Shown here piece by piece: positions 48,095 through 62,300 of a stretch of 64,000 bases of DNA. This DNA is from Antedon mediterranea (taxonomy: Eukaryota > Animalia > Echinodermata), in NCBI RefSeq assembly GCF_964355755.1, contig NC_092670.1, forward strand, positions 32,352,388-32,416,387, written 5' to 3'. The notes under the pieces were generated by a model, which was not told the origin of the DNA, made no database searches, and worked only from the letters and a program-made list of their open reading frames with translations. Both the position numbers and the translations under genes were made by a program. Every line of letters begins with the position of its first letter. The stretch's first letter is position 1.

Positions 48095-48290
48095 GGGAAA
48101 TTGTGAACGGCAATAACGTCACTAAAAAATGGCGATTTGGGTAGGCCTATACCACCTATAGATTGTAAAAAACTAAAGCAGATTCCGTTATGTTTTTCTA
48201 TGCGGTAGAACTTAAACATCTTACAAACGTTTACAGATAACGCCCATTGCGGTAAATGTGAACACATTTAAATGTGTAGGCCTGTATTAA

Positions 48291-48593
48291 AGATTTATTG
48301 TCCCCCAAAAACATGAAAAATTAAGATTAATTAAATAAGATTTTTAATATGTTATTTGTAGTTTTAATAAAGTTAATCACTTCCATAGAAAAAGAAAGGA
48401 AAAAAAATATAATGTTTTCACCTATAAATTGACTAAATAAATGGTTAAATTCAATTTGGCCATGTTTTGCTTTAAATTAAAGTTTTTTCAGGTAAATACA
48501 TTTTTTTTCGATTCAATTTTTGGTCAAAGTGGATAACTATGTTACATTAAAATGGCATATTTAAGAATTATTTTTCAGGGGGACAATACATCT
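48291..48593. mobile_element. TTAA-flanked MITE (Kolobok-like AG...CT ends)
   Basis: TIR AGATTTATTGTCCCCC...GGGGGACAATACATCT with TTAA at 48287-48290 and 48594-48597. Confidence 0.7.
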
Positions 48594-49065
48594 TTAAATG
48601 TGTAAGAGGACACGGGGCAGAATCGAATATCTCGTGTCCTACATCAATTTTCCGCTGTTTTATTTTCTTCTTGAAATCTAATATACCATCTAGTATGTGG
48701 AGTAAATTTATAACGCTTTCGAACATGTAACACGTTGGAAATTTTAAATACGATTTGTTTGCTTTACAACGTAAACATAGAGCACATAATATGTATAAAT
48801 ATGGGAACCAACATTTTATTATGATTTATACGCAAAGCAGTCGTACATGTTTGCCATTTCCCTCTATTTGTGTACTGAGTTAACAATCTCACATTTTGAA
48901 ATGTAAAGGTGGTTAGATTTAAGCTTGGAATAAGGTCAGGTGATGCGTGCGTCCTACAGTGTTGTGTCAATGCTGCAATATAATAGGTATAGGTATACTT
49001 GTAAATAAGTAATAATCTAAGTTAATAAGTAATTAATCTCATTGATCATTATTGTCGTTACTAAT

Positions 49066-49430
49066 AATGTGTAGGCCTAACTCATATTGTATAAAATAGC
49101 AGTAGCGTATACATAGATTAACGTTCTTCCAGCTAAGGAAACGTCTTCTTAGGCCTACAATGTGTAGGCCTAACTCATATTGTATAAAATAGCAGTAGCG
49201 TATACATAGATTAACGTTCTTCCAGCTAAGGAAACGTCTTCTTAGGCCTACAATGTGTAGGCCTAACTCATATTGTATAAAATAGCAGTAGCGTATACAT
49301 AGATTAACGTTCTTCCAGCTAAGGAAACGTCTTCTTAGGCCTACAATGTGTAGGCCTAACTCATATTGTATAAAATAGCAGTAGCGTATACATAGATTAA
49401 CGTTCTTCCAGCTAAGGAAACGTCCTCTTA
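49066..49430 (+). repeat. 93-bp tandem repeat, ~4 essentially identical copies
   Basis: aatgtgtaggcctaactcatattg... starts at 49066, 49159, 49252 and 49345. Confidence 0.95.
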
Positions 49431-52400
49431 CACATCCATGTTACATTCACAGAAATAATAATGATGATAGAAAAGCTTACGTATTAATGCAGGCGAGTTA
49501 ACCAATGACAAGTGACAGTTCGAATACACCATCGCTTGTGATTGGTCGCGTATGTAACCAAGCATAAGTGAAGCAAGTCATTCATTTAATATTTCTAAAT
49601 TTATTTATTCATATTTATGAAATACCACAGATTTATATTTTAGAGGTGACACATTTATATCAATGCGTAAACTTCATTAGAGATATAAACATTAAACCAT
49701 TGTTTGATCTTTTCGTGATCAGATTAATTCGCGTATTAAATCTCATGATCAATACACGTGTGAAGAATGTTGTCAGCAGATAGGCAGCAGACGATTTTTT
49801 TTTCTAATAAGTGCGCTCTCTTTTTTCCATCCCAATAGAAGCTCGCTCTGGCATTATCTTCTTTTAATTCTTCCCGAGCGATTCGTAGGCGGTTCTTTTG
49901 AACCTCCGCGTCAGAATTTTGATTCAGCAGAAAGACATAATGCGATATAATTAAAACAGAGGCATACTTTACATACTTTGAATTTGCCGACAAAGAAAGT
50001 CCACCGGGGAAACTGTATCTCAATTTAGTAGTAAACACGAGAAGTCGTCTGCTTAAAATACTTCTATATCCAATCAGATTACAGAACATGTTAATTTTCT
50101 AATCTTTATAATAATATATTAATTTGAGAACACTGTGAATGTTCAATTCTCAATGTTGTATGCTGCACATTCTGTTTATTACAGTAGGCCTACAATTACT
50201 ACATACTCTTCCCGCGCGAAACAACGAGAAGCAATATATGTTTTTAACACTGTACGGCTACTCCCTCTTCAAAAGACACTCCTATAAACAGGAGAGGTTT
50301 TTTTGGTCCGGAGTGTGTCCACTTAATACAGAGGTTGTACTGAACTTAATTTCTCCGTCTTATCAAGTTTATTTTTGCTTTCTTTCGGTCTAATCGTGTT
50401 CCCGAAACAATAGATCTTGCTTTTCGAAATGCCAATTAAGCATCATAATAGATTGGCGGTAATAATAATCAGTATTAGTCGTTAGCACTTGGCTTACAAT
50501 GTTAGTGATAATGTGTCTAATTATTGGTTTTTGATCTTATACCGAAATGTCTTTTAACATTCATAACAACACACTTCTTCGGACAGAAATCGCCAAAAAA
50601 ATTGGATTAGGCCTAATACAAAATGGCTTTACACTCGAATAGGCCTACTATCGGCAGCTCAGGCCTATAAAACATAATAATGTAATGGAAATTGTGAGGG
50701 CTGCTGAAATTGGCCAAACAAAATTAATTAACAGGAGCGCACAAGAATTGAATAGCAGCACAATAAGGTTGTGAAAAAAAATAGTATTGAATCACATTAA
50801 TATTCAATTGTAAATTAATTGTTTATAATAGAGAAAATGTTAAATTATATATTATAGATTACGGTATGTTATATTACATTTTTGAACACTGATTTTGTAC
50901 ATTGAATGTTCGAATGAGATAAAATAGTTCTCTCCACAAAAGAGAACAAAAACAAAAGAGCGCACACAAATTGTCAAAGGTTAAACAATGAAATTAGTTT
51001 TTCAATGAATGTTTTTAAATAATTTAAAATGAGGTTAAGTTTAATTTTAAACTTGGATGAAACAAATTTGATAACATAATTTTGATATTACTGTATTAAA
51101 CAAATTAAATAAACAAAATAATTTCACCGTATATCTTTAAAATGAAAATATTGATATTTGAAAATGTATCTTAGCGTTGCATTTGCGCGGCCGGATTGGT
51201 GATCAGTTAATGTCTATAGTTTTAATTTAAAAAAAAGTTAGTCTTAATGTTCTTCTTCATTATTATGCTCATTGCCGTGCTCTCGTATCCTGAGTATATT
51301 AGAACATGATGTTAGTATTTAACTTGCACACTATTTATAGAGTAGATAATAAATATTAATATTTGAATTGGTAATACATTTTGGGGCTTCGGGGTTCTGT
51401 ACTCACCCTGTTGTAGATTTTAGAGTTTTTTCTGAAAATTTTACGGTTCTGTACTGACCATGTATGACCATTAATAACCCCTTCTCACATCGTGAATGAG
51501 GCAGACGACCTGCCTTGAATGTAGTCACGTGAAGTTCGATTTATTTAAATGATTGCATGCAAAACGTGAATTAAAGAATTTGTAGAAAAAAATACAGATT
51601 TTGTTTTTAGCATTGAATTTGTTGATTTCTTTTGATAAGGTTACGAAGGTGTTGATGTCTGATTATTACCAGGTTGGTACAAAGGATCCGCTTAACCCGA
51701 CTTTGATTAACGGGCTCACATGGGGGTGTTGTAATTACCGAAGTGAAATGTGCACTGGTAAACATTTAATAACAATGCGTGTGTAGACATTGCTAGAAAT
51801 TCCGTTATGTGGTCAGCCTGCGCGGGCTTAGCATTTCATTAGAGTTTAATGGAACCAGGCTCTAGAGTTCATACTGAAGCAATATTAAACGTATGATGCA
51901 GGGGGAAGGACCTCTTCTGTTTACTGGTATGATCTTCAACTGGTAGACGGCATCATTGAAAAGAATTAGGCCTATACAAAACACGCCGAAAGTAAAATCA
52001 TTTGATGGTGTCGCCTTTGAACATGGTTATGTACCGATACGGAACATCACCTTGTACACGTATTGTGGTTGAAAAGATATTTAGGTGTGTTAGGTAAAAT
52101 TACCAAAAAAAAAAAGCATCATATAATTGATGTGAGTATAGATGAATGACGTGTATGTCATGTTAATGAACTCTTTTAAATACGAATGTCATCAATGTAA
52201 AAGGTAAAGGAGGAAGTTTTAGGGAGGATTGAAGATACGATCAGCAGTGGATCTTCTCACCTACTAAGATTATTTGAATATCAATATACATCATAATGAT
52301 AGTACTGTCTATACAGAGGCTAATTAAATATGTTCAATAAGCATTTTGTTAAAATCAGTCCATTTTTTTAAACAATGCCATAATAACAATACTCGTTCTT

Positions 52401-53039
52401 ATTCTGTATAGCGCTTATTAGCATCATCATTAACAGACAAAACAAAGTTGTCTTTGAAAAGCAAAACATTTTAAGAATTCTTCTCATTGTTTATTTTTCT
52501 TGTTAATTGTAACTATTCATAACACATGCATACAAAGAATGAAGGAAATTAATGAGAAATTGTACAAAAGGGCCGCTACAGATCGGTACCGATAAACACT
52601 CACACTCGACATGAAAACTCAAGTTTTAATTTTAATTCACACCTTACGCGCGGTTTACGTTTAATTGTCTGAAAATCACGGCCAAACTCAGAAGTATAAA
52701 TCCGTCTAAGCCGAGATACCCACGCCTTACCAATCAGCCAACATGTGGCAAATTGCAGGCGAACAAAACACTGACATCGTCGGCTTGTTTCGGGTTAGAG
52801 TTTCATACAGCATCACGTATTATAGACTATGACAGTAATTTTTTCGGCATGTCTTTGATTGGTTACCTGACGTTAATTAAGTCTGACCACGGTCGCCAAT
52901 TTTTAGGTTGCGTGCTAGCTAGGAAATTTAGCATGGAGACAAGTTGGAATATATCATACGTTTTTATATATCGAAATATCGTGAAACGATTATTTTAATT
53001 ACGAAAATAATCAATACTGCTGTCACCCTTATAATAATT

Positions 53040-53440
53040 ATTGTCGTCATCATAATATTTGATTGTTAATGTAGTTACTATTCGCGTCGTCTTCAATACC
53101 AATATTATTTTTCTTCTTCGTTGTCCTTATCACTATTCGGAGTCTATTACTATTACTGTACTCATCCAATCTTCATCATCCCAGGCAAGAGTGCCCTGGT
53201 CATCCCAAATATTTTTGTATTATTGATCTTCGTCATCGATCGTCGTCGTCCTTATAACTCTTCGTCGTCGTCTTTCGTATCATGCTTGATTCGTCATCAT
53301 TCAATTTACGTCATCAATGTTTTCGTCATCATCATCATCATCATTATCATCAATTTTCTTCGTAGTTTTCAATTATTGATCTTCGTCGTCGTCTCGTCAT
53401 CGATCGTCATCAATCTTAGTCGTTTCGTTCTTATATATTT
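53040..53440. repeat. Low-complexity (CAT/CGT/TCT)n tract
   Basis: Degenerate trinucleotide repeats, e.g. tcatcatcatcatcatcattatcat. Confidence 0.7.
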
Positions 53441-56384
53441 TTTGTCCATTTGCTCTTTTTGATTGATTGAATTTAAACACTTTGACTGATTACATGTTTG
53501 TTAGTTGGTCTGTTTGGCTAATTCGGATCACAACTTTCGAACTAGACTTATGTCTTTGTGTGGTATTGCAAGGATCATGCCCTGACTGAAACCAAGAAGT
53601 AATACCGAAGAAAAAAAATAAACACCGAAGCCTTCGTTTAATATTTTAATTTGGGAGTATACAGTCCACGAAAAGGGTCTTTAGTAAATACAATCTTTTT
53701 CACATTGTGTAATAATGCTCTATCCGTCTGCGTAGAGTGCAATATTCTAATGTCACATTTCCAAAATGCCCCTCCTTTTATATACCCCTCTCCTAGTCAT
53801 CGTGTTTAGTTCATTATTTGTATTCATTAATCACTCATTTGTTTTTTATTGTTTTCTTCATCATCTCCTCATTTGTATAATTCATTCGTAGTATAGTTCA
53901 ATTTGCAATAAAAGTATCCTTATCTTTTCTTATATCATCACAATTATGGATGGTCCATCCTAATACACAAGGTATGACAACATCTACGGATCCTGATTCA
54001 TTGGCCTACTATTATACTATGCGTATATTAATGCATTCACTGATATGTTTTCTCACTGAGTTAAAGTTCAAAACGAATGGTGTATAACTGTATCACCTGT
54101 ACCTATGGTACGGAGTTCACTCTTACTATCCACGCGTACTCAACACTCTTTATTTTCCTTCTGTCAAAATTAATGTGATTTGTTATTTTCATATTAATAA
54201 AAACAGGATGGTAAGTTGCCTAATCGCCGATTCTTTAAATCAACACAACGTAAAGAACAATAAATGGCTGACGTGTTTCCATAACAACCGTCTTTAAGAA
54301 CCCATTATCATCATCTTTTCCCCATTATCATCGTTCAAGTTTTTCTCATTTATCATCTAAATTAGTTTCTTTTTCGGTTGCAACAACTTCATGTTTGTGT
54401 GTTTAGCCTTGTTTATTTACAGGTTTTAATGTTGCCGACATCCTCTGGTCATTTTGGCTAGCCCACATCATAGCTAAGTAACCGAGGAAGCGTCGTCGGG
54501 TCTATCCGGGACTGAGGACCGGGGCATAGGCCATTGTATATTCCTCGGTCGCTCTTTTAAGTAGCAAATGCACCCCTACCGGTACACGATTGCCGTAAAT
54601 AGCCGGCATGCTGGGCGCTGCCTATTATCACAGCGGTTGTGTAACGCGGTGTTTCAGATCCGAACGCATTTCAGGGAACCAACGCTGTTACACTGTCAAT
54701 ACTACTTTAAGAGCAAATTGAAAAGTGCATTAATGACAACTAGATACGTCGCTTTGGCCGTGCTGCTTATAAATTGTGTGATTTCTCCATGGTTAAACAG
54801 AAACACGTTTTTATCTTACTTTTCTGTTCAATTTGTTTCTCTTATTTCGGACGTCAACATATCAAGAGTTTTAGCTAAGGCTTTCTACAGGAAAAAGGGG
54901 AAAGACAAGAAAAAATGTTGGCCTATACCTTCAGTTAAACCATCAGTATAGTAGACGTCGCCAACACCCCCTAATTAACAAATAGTAGGCTATATTATAT
55001 TACCTTTAAACAAATCTTATCAACACAAAACATCGAGATTTTTCATTTATTTATTAAAAAACGTCTCATCCTGCAAATCGTCAAACGATACTGTATAAAT
55101 CAGGGTTACATCTTCCTGAATGATGATGCATAAAGCCCGTTGTTCAGACTTAGTTACGTGTAGGTTGTTGCCGGCCTAGCGATCAAAGTTAGACCATGGC
55201 TTAGCTGGTTAAATAATAACTATAAGCCCGAACCGGTCAATGATGTATCAATCCAATTAACACAAAAAGGGAAAAACACTAATATTTTGTGGTAAATTAA
55301 TATATTTCCAGATGTTAGTTTTTCTGATAGTGATACATCTCGGTATCTCAGTGGGGCCAGCGTTGAATTTCAACCAAAGGAGGGAGTGGCAGGTAGCTAT
55401 CACATGTTTGAAAAATGTTTGATCATGATGGATTGTTATTGAATGTACTGCTACCGCGGAAATAAACCTGAACATTATACATAATCGGTAAAAGCAGTCA
55501 TTATAATGTTTCATTCCTCGCAATCACCTTGGAACCGCATGCATAATAGAAAAGTGTCGGCGACTGGAGTAACAAGTAAAAATGTGTTGTTCAAATTGAA
55601 TTATGTAAGTAAAGTACAGTAATTGATACAATTGAAGTTGATTTAATACACCATAGTTCCAGTTGATCTAATATTCCAGTCGTCATTTTCATGAATATAT
55701 ATGCCTATACTTTTTTTAGTTAATTTGCGAGCGGTCCTTTTACTTTTTAACGAACGCTCCGAAAACAGGCTTACTGCATTACAATATAGGTCGTATAGGC
55801 CATAAGTTTCACCGTATTGTCATAAATAAAAATGATAGTAGGAATGTGATGTTCGGTGGCTTTTTATATTAAATTGATGTTTTCATAATGTGCTGAGTGA
55901 CGAACCACAGGTGCAGTTTAATCGACTATCGATATAATGAAACGGTGATTTTGATTGGCTGAAAGGCGGGCGGCACACACGTTCTAAGAAATCTAAGAAC
56001 ATTGATTGGTTATGAAGATTGTACACTGGGGGTATATGCTGTATGGGTGTATCGTCTGACTTCTCATTTGCAAGCCTCGCATGACTAGTTTTAAAAGCTT
56101 AACCGCTTTATTTGTGTTTTAAGTATGTTTCTCTTTGATCTGCCGCTTTGGCAATGCGAAGGTAGTTGAAAAGGCAATAAGTTTGTTTTGTACTTTACAT
56201 TCAGCGTTGATATCAACACGACTTGTCCTGTATTAGTTGACGTCGTCAAGTTTGCTCCTTGGATGAAGTTATATTATTTCTCATCAACAAAAAAAATGGA
56301 AGTATTTTAAAAGTGTTATTAATATTATTACTTGATACGAAAGAAGAAGATTTCTTACAAAACTTACTAAAAATACTCTTCATT

Positions 56385-59300
56385 ATGGCATATTTTACGA
56401 TATTTATTAGCATATTGTTTATTTTACTCCGGTTTCTTGGATTATCAACCATTGCGTTGTGTGTTGTGCTGGAAGATGATAAGTCGTCAAATGAACTTGT
56501 TCCCCAAGCTTCAAGGAATACGCACGAATATTGGGTGTCACAAGCCGTTGATTTTATTTACCAGTTAGACTGTACGCAAAATAGCCAATTTATTACAAAA
56601 TCCTCCTGTTGGGCGCTAACAAAAACTAGTAGAGACTCCATAAATATCTATATAGCGGCTCATACGAGATCAGGTTCGAGAACCAACAGAAAATTTAACA
56701 CAGTCTTGCCGGACAGTTCTTTAAGGCGGAGTGGGTCACATGAGGCGGTCATTGTAATTGACCCTTTCCCAGAGGCTAACTTTGGACATCTTGTTATTGT
56801 TTTTTATGTGGATAGGAAATCCGAATCGTGCAGAGGCAAGCTTGAGAAATCAATGGGTAAGTAAAAGCTATGTTTACATGCCCAACACACGTGTTTGCTT
56901 TCCTTTTTGGGTCACGTTTAGGTTAACTCCATTTTTTTAGATTCAATTTTTTTATTTAATACGTATGGGCTCATTCGTGTTTAGTTATTTACCCGGGTAA
57001 GTTGGTTTAATGTCAGTTGTTGCTATTGGTGGATTGGAATCAACTTAGGCCTAAATGTCAAATAGCTAGGCGCGGCCTGAGCGGTCATGTCATGTCTCTT
57101 ACAAGGCAAGGAACACGACGTTTGACACGCACGTGAATGTACTCGGTATATTGCCCACAAAACATTGTACATTAAAATAAACCACCAGAGCCCTACAATA
57201 ATTACTAACAAGGGTTGTTCCACGTGGTCCCGACAGGTGTTCAATCATAAAAATAACCATTGTGTTATCCGTTGTACGATAACCCATGTTGTTCAATTAA
57301 AAAATTCAAAGTTGGTAGTATTGAATGTTACCCAAAAATATAAACGTACTAGCGTTGTTAGATATGGCATACGCAGAGCTAAGACGTATATAATTAGGTT
57401 GGTTGAGTAGGCCTACAGTCAATATTATGAAGTTGTATAATAAATACTAAATAAATTTACTCAGTGATTGGGGTCCTCATTCATTGAACGTATTTTATAG
57501 GTAACACCAATCATGAGGATATAAAAACGTAATTACATCGCATTATAAACATAAACAGACACTTAAACATGTAGGCCTATTGTACCGTATGTTTAGGATT
57601 GCTGGCATGTATAGTCTACTTATGAAACATGTATAACTTTCGTGCAATCATATATATATAAAGTTAAAAGAATAGCGTTTGCGCAACGCTATCAGAGAGG
57701 ATAGAACATCATTTGGCATGGGTTCCAGAAGGAGTTTTGACTTAATATTAGTAAAAATATGTTGGCACATATGTCGTTTCATACGTCTACTTCTTGAGCT
57801 TGTATTTCCAGGTATTTCAGAAAAACATCGAAAAGCCTCGAAATAAATACAGACTTAGGGGAAAGTCTACATTTGGCACTGCATCAGGTACCGTAGTAGG
57901 CCTACGCGTTACGTGTCTACACAAGCGTTATTCGTGTGACGCTTTTGGTAATTGTGTGTAACAAGCTATCTGACGCAGTACACACCTGAGAATTTCACAG
58001 GTGTTGAACTTGATCCAGAAGCACGTCTGCTATGATTTATTACATGATCGGAAGGTCGGCAATTGGTAGTAATTTGTACTTGCTCGCTTCATAAAGAGAT
58101 TAAGAATTATTGAATTACCAATGTCAGCCACTTAACTTGTATACTTTTATGGTTGTTTTATGAGTACTGTGTATTGTTTACTCGTTTATGAGAAAGCTAC
58201 TATTTTATGAGGAAAACTTACGACTATAAGTACTAGTATTTTACACGTTGTTATACGCCGTATACGTTGTGTTATGCAATGTACGTTTCCATTTTCGACC
58301 ACTTTAAATCCTAATGTTCGGAAGGTGTGCCTATGCTACCGTATACATTACGAGTTACATACCACTCCCCACTATTCTTCTTATCAATGTTCGCGTCCTA
58401 TTGTTTTCAACATTTCTATAATAATTTAATTTAAAGTGAGTTGACTTAATTCATTTCCACGCGTTGCAAATGGAATCGTGAATGACATAACCGCAAGGTG
58501 TGTTCTGATGAGGGCAACGATACGATTTGAACCAAGACCCCAAACGTAAACCAAATGCCACTCACAATTCAGTTTCTATTATTACTCTGGCTATGCACCA
58601 CTCAAATAAAACCACTTTGTGGAGTGGATACAAGTTCATGGTCTTGATTGAACTCAATACCTATCTATCTTGGGGGAAACGTTAATGTTTAAACTTTAAA
58701 ATATGGTTAGTGGTTAAGCTAATTGAAAGTACTATGAGACATCTAAATCTAAACCTTGTATTGGTTTTAAATTTTGGAAAATTTCGGCGAAATATTGAAT
58801 TTAAAAAAAACCTAATAAAGAGATTAACTTAATTATGTCTCTTAAATTTCTTATAACGAACAATACCACGTGACAGTTGCAACGTGTACTGTTATTAAAT
58901 GCAAATTGTTGCTTTATAATTCAATTTCATTGTAAAGTCAATGGAATGCAAAACAATATTAGGTATTTGAAAATTTTCTAAACCGTACTATAGAATTTAC
59001 AGCAAAATTGTCATTGCACTTCTATCGTTCTGATTGCATTCCATCAACGAATTGAAGTACGAAGCCGTAATCATAGCAACCGTTAGCTATCTTGTCAGAC
59101 GTGAGTACCTGTCTGACTCGTCAGCCGAATTAAATCTCCACCCGTACCGGCAAGATCAAAGGCAAGCCGCCAACGGACAAGGCCTTCCGCGGAGGACTTG
59201 GCTGCATATCTTATTTTCTTGAGTATTTTTATATAAAGCAGTATAATTGATCTCGTGCGTAGGGCCAAAGTATTCACACGCTGGCGCGACTTGGTTGTAA

Positions 59301-62300
59301 TCAATCCGACGAATTGTTACATTTCCTATAATTTCAATGACTTTTCCTGTCGGCTACTTCTAAGAACAAGATGAATAGTAACCCGCTTTACTTTGGCGGC
59401 GGACTTGCATACATGGGCTGATGCCTATTCAAAAGAGGTCTATTAAACGAGACAGAGGCAATAACACCTTCATTTCCCTTTAAGACAGGTCACTCAAAAC
59501 ACCTACGCAAAGCACCCATCGCGCCTATTATTTACGCCGAACGAGTATTTGTCACACATTTCGGACAAAAGCGCTTTTGTTGAGCATTTATTTGTAATCC
59601 GATGAATGTCGTAAGCTATTGATGTAAAACCTAGATTAATGGTATTTTTGTTTTTATCGTCTGATCAATACACGCGCGAGTTTGTTTACAAATTGCTCGA
59701 TTGAAAATGATCTTTCTTAATCCACATAAATCTGTTCTTGAGAATCCGGAAGCTAATATTTTTCATTCATTCATTCACTCGACTCGTCAACAACATTTTT
59801 TATTCAAATTATCATCGTATTTACGTTTTGTATAGGCCTACATGTTACGACATTGCTGGCCAAATGGGAGTGAAGGATTTAGGCCACTAATGTCCGTAAA
59901 CTTTACACAATGTTGTTTGCCGTTGGTTTTCATTAAGCCTACACTCATAATTGTAGCAAATTACAAAATTCTTAGCCCAATATTTATCACAATTTGTTCA
60001 AGACATAGTTATGACGTAGCCTAAATATAAATAGGTCATTTATTATTAAAATATGTACGTTGCGTGGTGATCAAGCAAATGTACAGACTTACTATTACGT
60101 TAGAGGTACAAGCTAATCTACTTGTTAACACTACTATGTCTGATTCTCTTTTTCTTCCTCCACCAACGTACTTCTAGGCTTATGTAAACGCGATTTCAAA
60201 GTTTTCCCATTTCAATGAGAGAAATTCTTCAAAACATTCGTTGTGTACTGAGTTCCTTTATGTTTTTCTCTTCACCTTCGATCTTAAGAATATATGTCTT
60301 CTCGAATAACAACTTTATAAATCAGCCATTGTTCCTCGCCACAAAAGCGTTCGTGACAAATAAATGACGATCCGAGTTTACCTGTGAAGGGTGAAAGAAA
60401 TAACATTCCCCAGCGCTTACGCCAAAAAGGTATTTAAAGTACCAATTATAGGAATTCTTTTCTCCTTTCTTTTGCCACGAACCGCCATGGAAAGAAAGAA
60501 TTTTCACCGGAAAGAATGTTCAAATAGATATTTAAAAGATAGGCCTATCAACGTGTGGTAAAAAGGTGTGGAAAAAGTTATTAAACACGATCTTCTGCGT
60601 TTTTGCGCCGGAACGTTGTCCAATTAAGTAGGCCTACTAAATAGTGACGCTCTAGAGTAAATGCATGTGCACACTGTACTAATAATATATACCAAGTAAA
60701 AAGTGTATCTTCCGGACTGCTGTGAATTAAATGTGTTCATATATTGACGTACCGTAACACATTTTTAGATTTAACACGTTCAGCAGATATTCTTAATATT
60801 ACACGTGGCCATTGTATATCAGTATTCATTTTTCATATTTAGATATTAATGTTAAAATTTAAATATATAATTAAAAGCTAATAATCTTATCTTTTTTTAG
60901 GAAGGGAATGTTTACAAGTAGCAGTCAAGAGCAGATGTAAAAACCGATTAAAGACGTCATCTAAACGACACTGTGAAATCAACATGTTGCCACTAGTATA
61001 CAGAGAGGGTGACAGCGTAAGTGTTTGTGCCTATTTATATCAAGGCAATCTAACAGGATGCGGTTTGTCTGTGGCTGCGACATGGTCATTTCCACTCTAC
61101 GCCTTAACAGACACCGCGCACCGTACTATGTACAGTACTATTGGTATTTGTCGCAGCCAGACATAAGATCAAAGTTCCTATCATGGCAAGGCAAACGTGT
61201 CCTGTTGTTAGATTGCTTTGTTTATATATTTCCAATTTGAAAGAATACTCGATGGCTTGGGTATATGCATACGAAATAAGCTGTAAACCCGGTTCGGTAG
61301 GATTTCTTATTATAGAGAGTCTTGGTTTAAAATTAACTCATTCAACATTCTCAGGGCTACATTGTAGTGATAAATATGTCTGTAACACTGGAGGTACTGT
61401 ACCAACTTCTAGTCGGTCCATACGAACCCAATTGCGGACCAGGATGTTAAAATATAGAATGAACCAAATTGCTTAACTGAAAGATGCGAAGCACATTAAA
61501 TCTAACCTTACTCATACAGCCAATGTTAACCAGTCAGTTACTTTTTTGTATTTACAGTCACATGAACAGCAGTTAAAATGCATTGATTCTCCATTATATG
61601 CAAAGTGTCCGAACTACAGAACAGGGATTAGCAATTTCACGAGAAACTGTGAATTGGAAACTAACACGAAACGGTGCCAAAATCAACGAACAAATGTAAG
61701 TAGTAGGCCTGTCAGTGCTATTGGTCGAATGAAGTGGTTGAATGATATTCGCGCGAATCGGCATGAGTTCTGATTGGTTGTGGATTTTCCTCACGTCACC
61801 ACAAATAGATGAAAATATTAATTACGCATGCGCATTAGTCAACGCTTTCGATTCGCGTGAAAAAATTTGCCTAGTGGAAAACATGGTTAGTGCGTGCGTT
61901 CGGTTACCGAATTTGCGGAACTATAGGCCTATTGTAAGAAATCTGAAGACGTGTTATTTTGTCAAGATACCGCGGTCAATATATAATAATTGTTTAATTT
62001 TGTTTTATTGTTCTGTCTAGTTTGGACGTCGATGTAAATTACACGAAACATGCGATTATGGCGTGATGATATCTGGCGGCTGGAACAGGCAGACTAGTAT
62101 TAAACGACATTCAGAAAACATTAAAAATATGTATTCAATGTTACGAGAGCAAGGCTTCAAGAAACACAATATTAAGATGTTCTTTGCTGACAATACAGAT
62201 ATTGAGCGTAGGTATTTCTTTTATATGAGTAGGCCTAGTTTTACAATAATGTTGAACTTCCCGAAAGCTAGCAGTAGTGGGCTTGGTAAAAAGATCGGGT

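Noticed and set aside
53121-53462. Hydrophobic 113-aa ORF
   Set aside because: Translation of a low-complexity trinucleotide tract.
56259-56384. ORF-track N-terminal extension of the C13-like gene
   Set aside because: It starts at a non-ATG codon. The first in-frame ATG (56385) directly precedes a good signal peptide.
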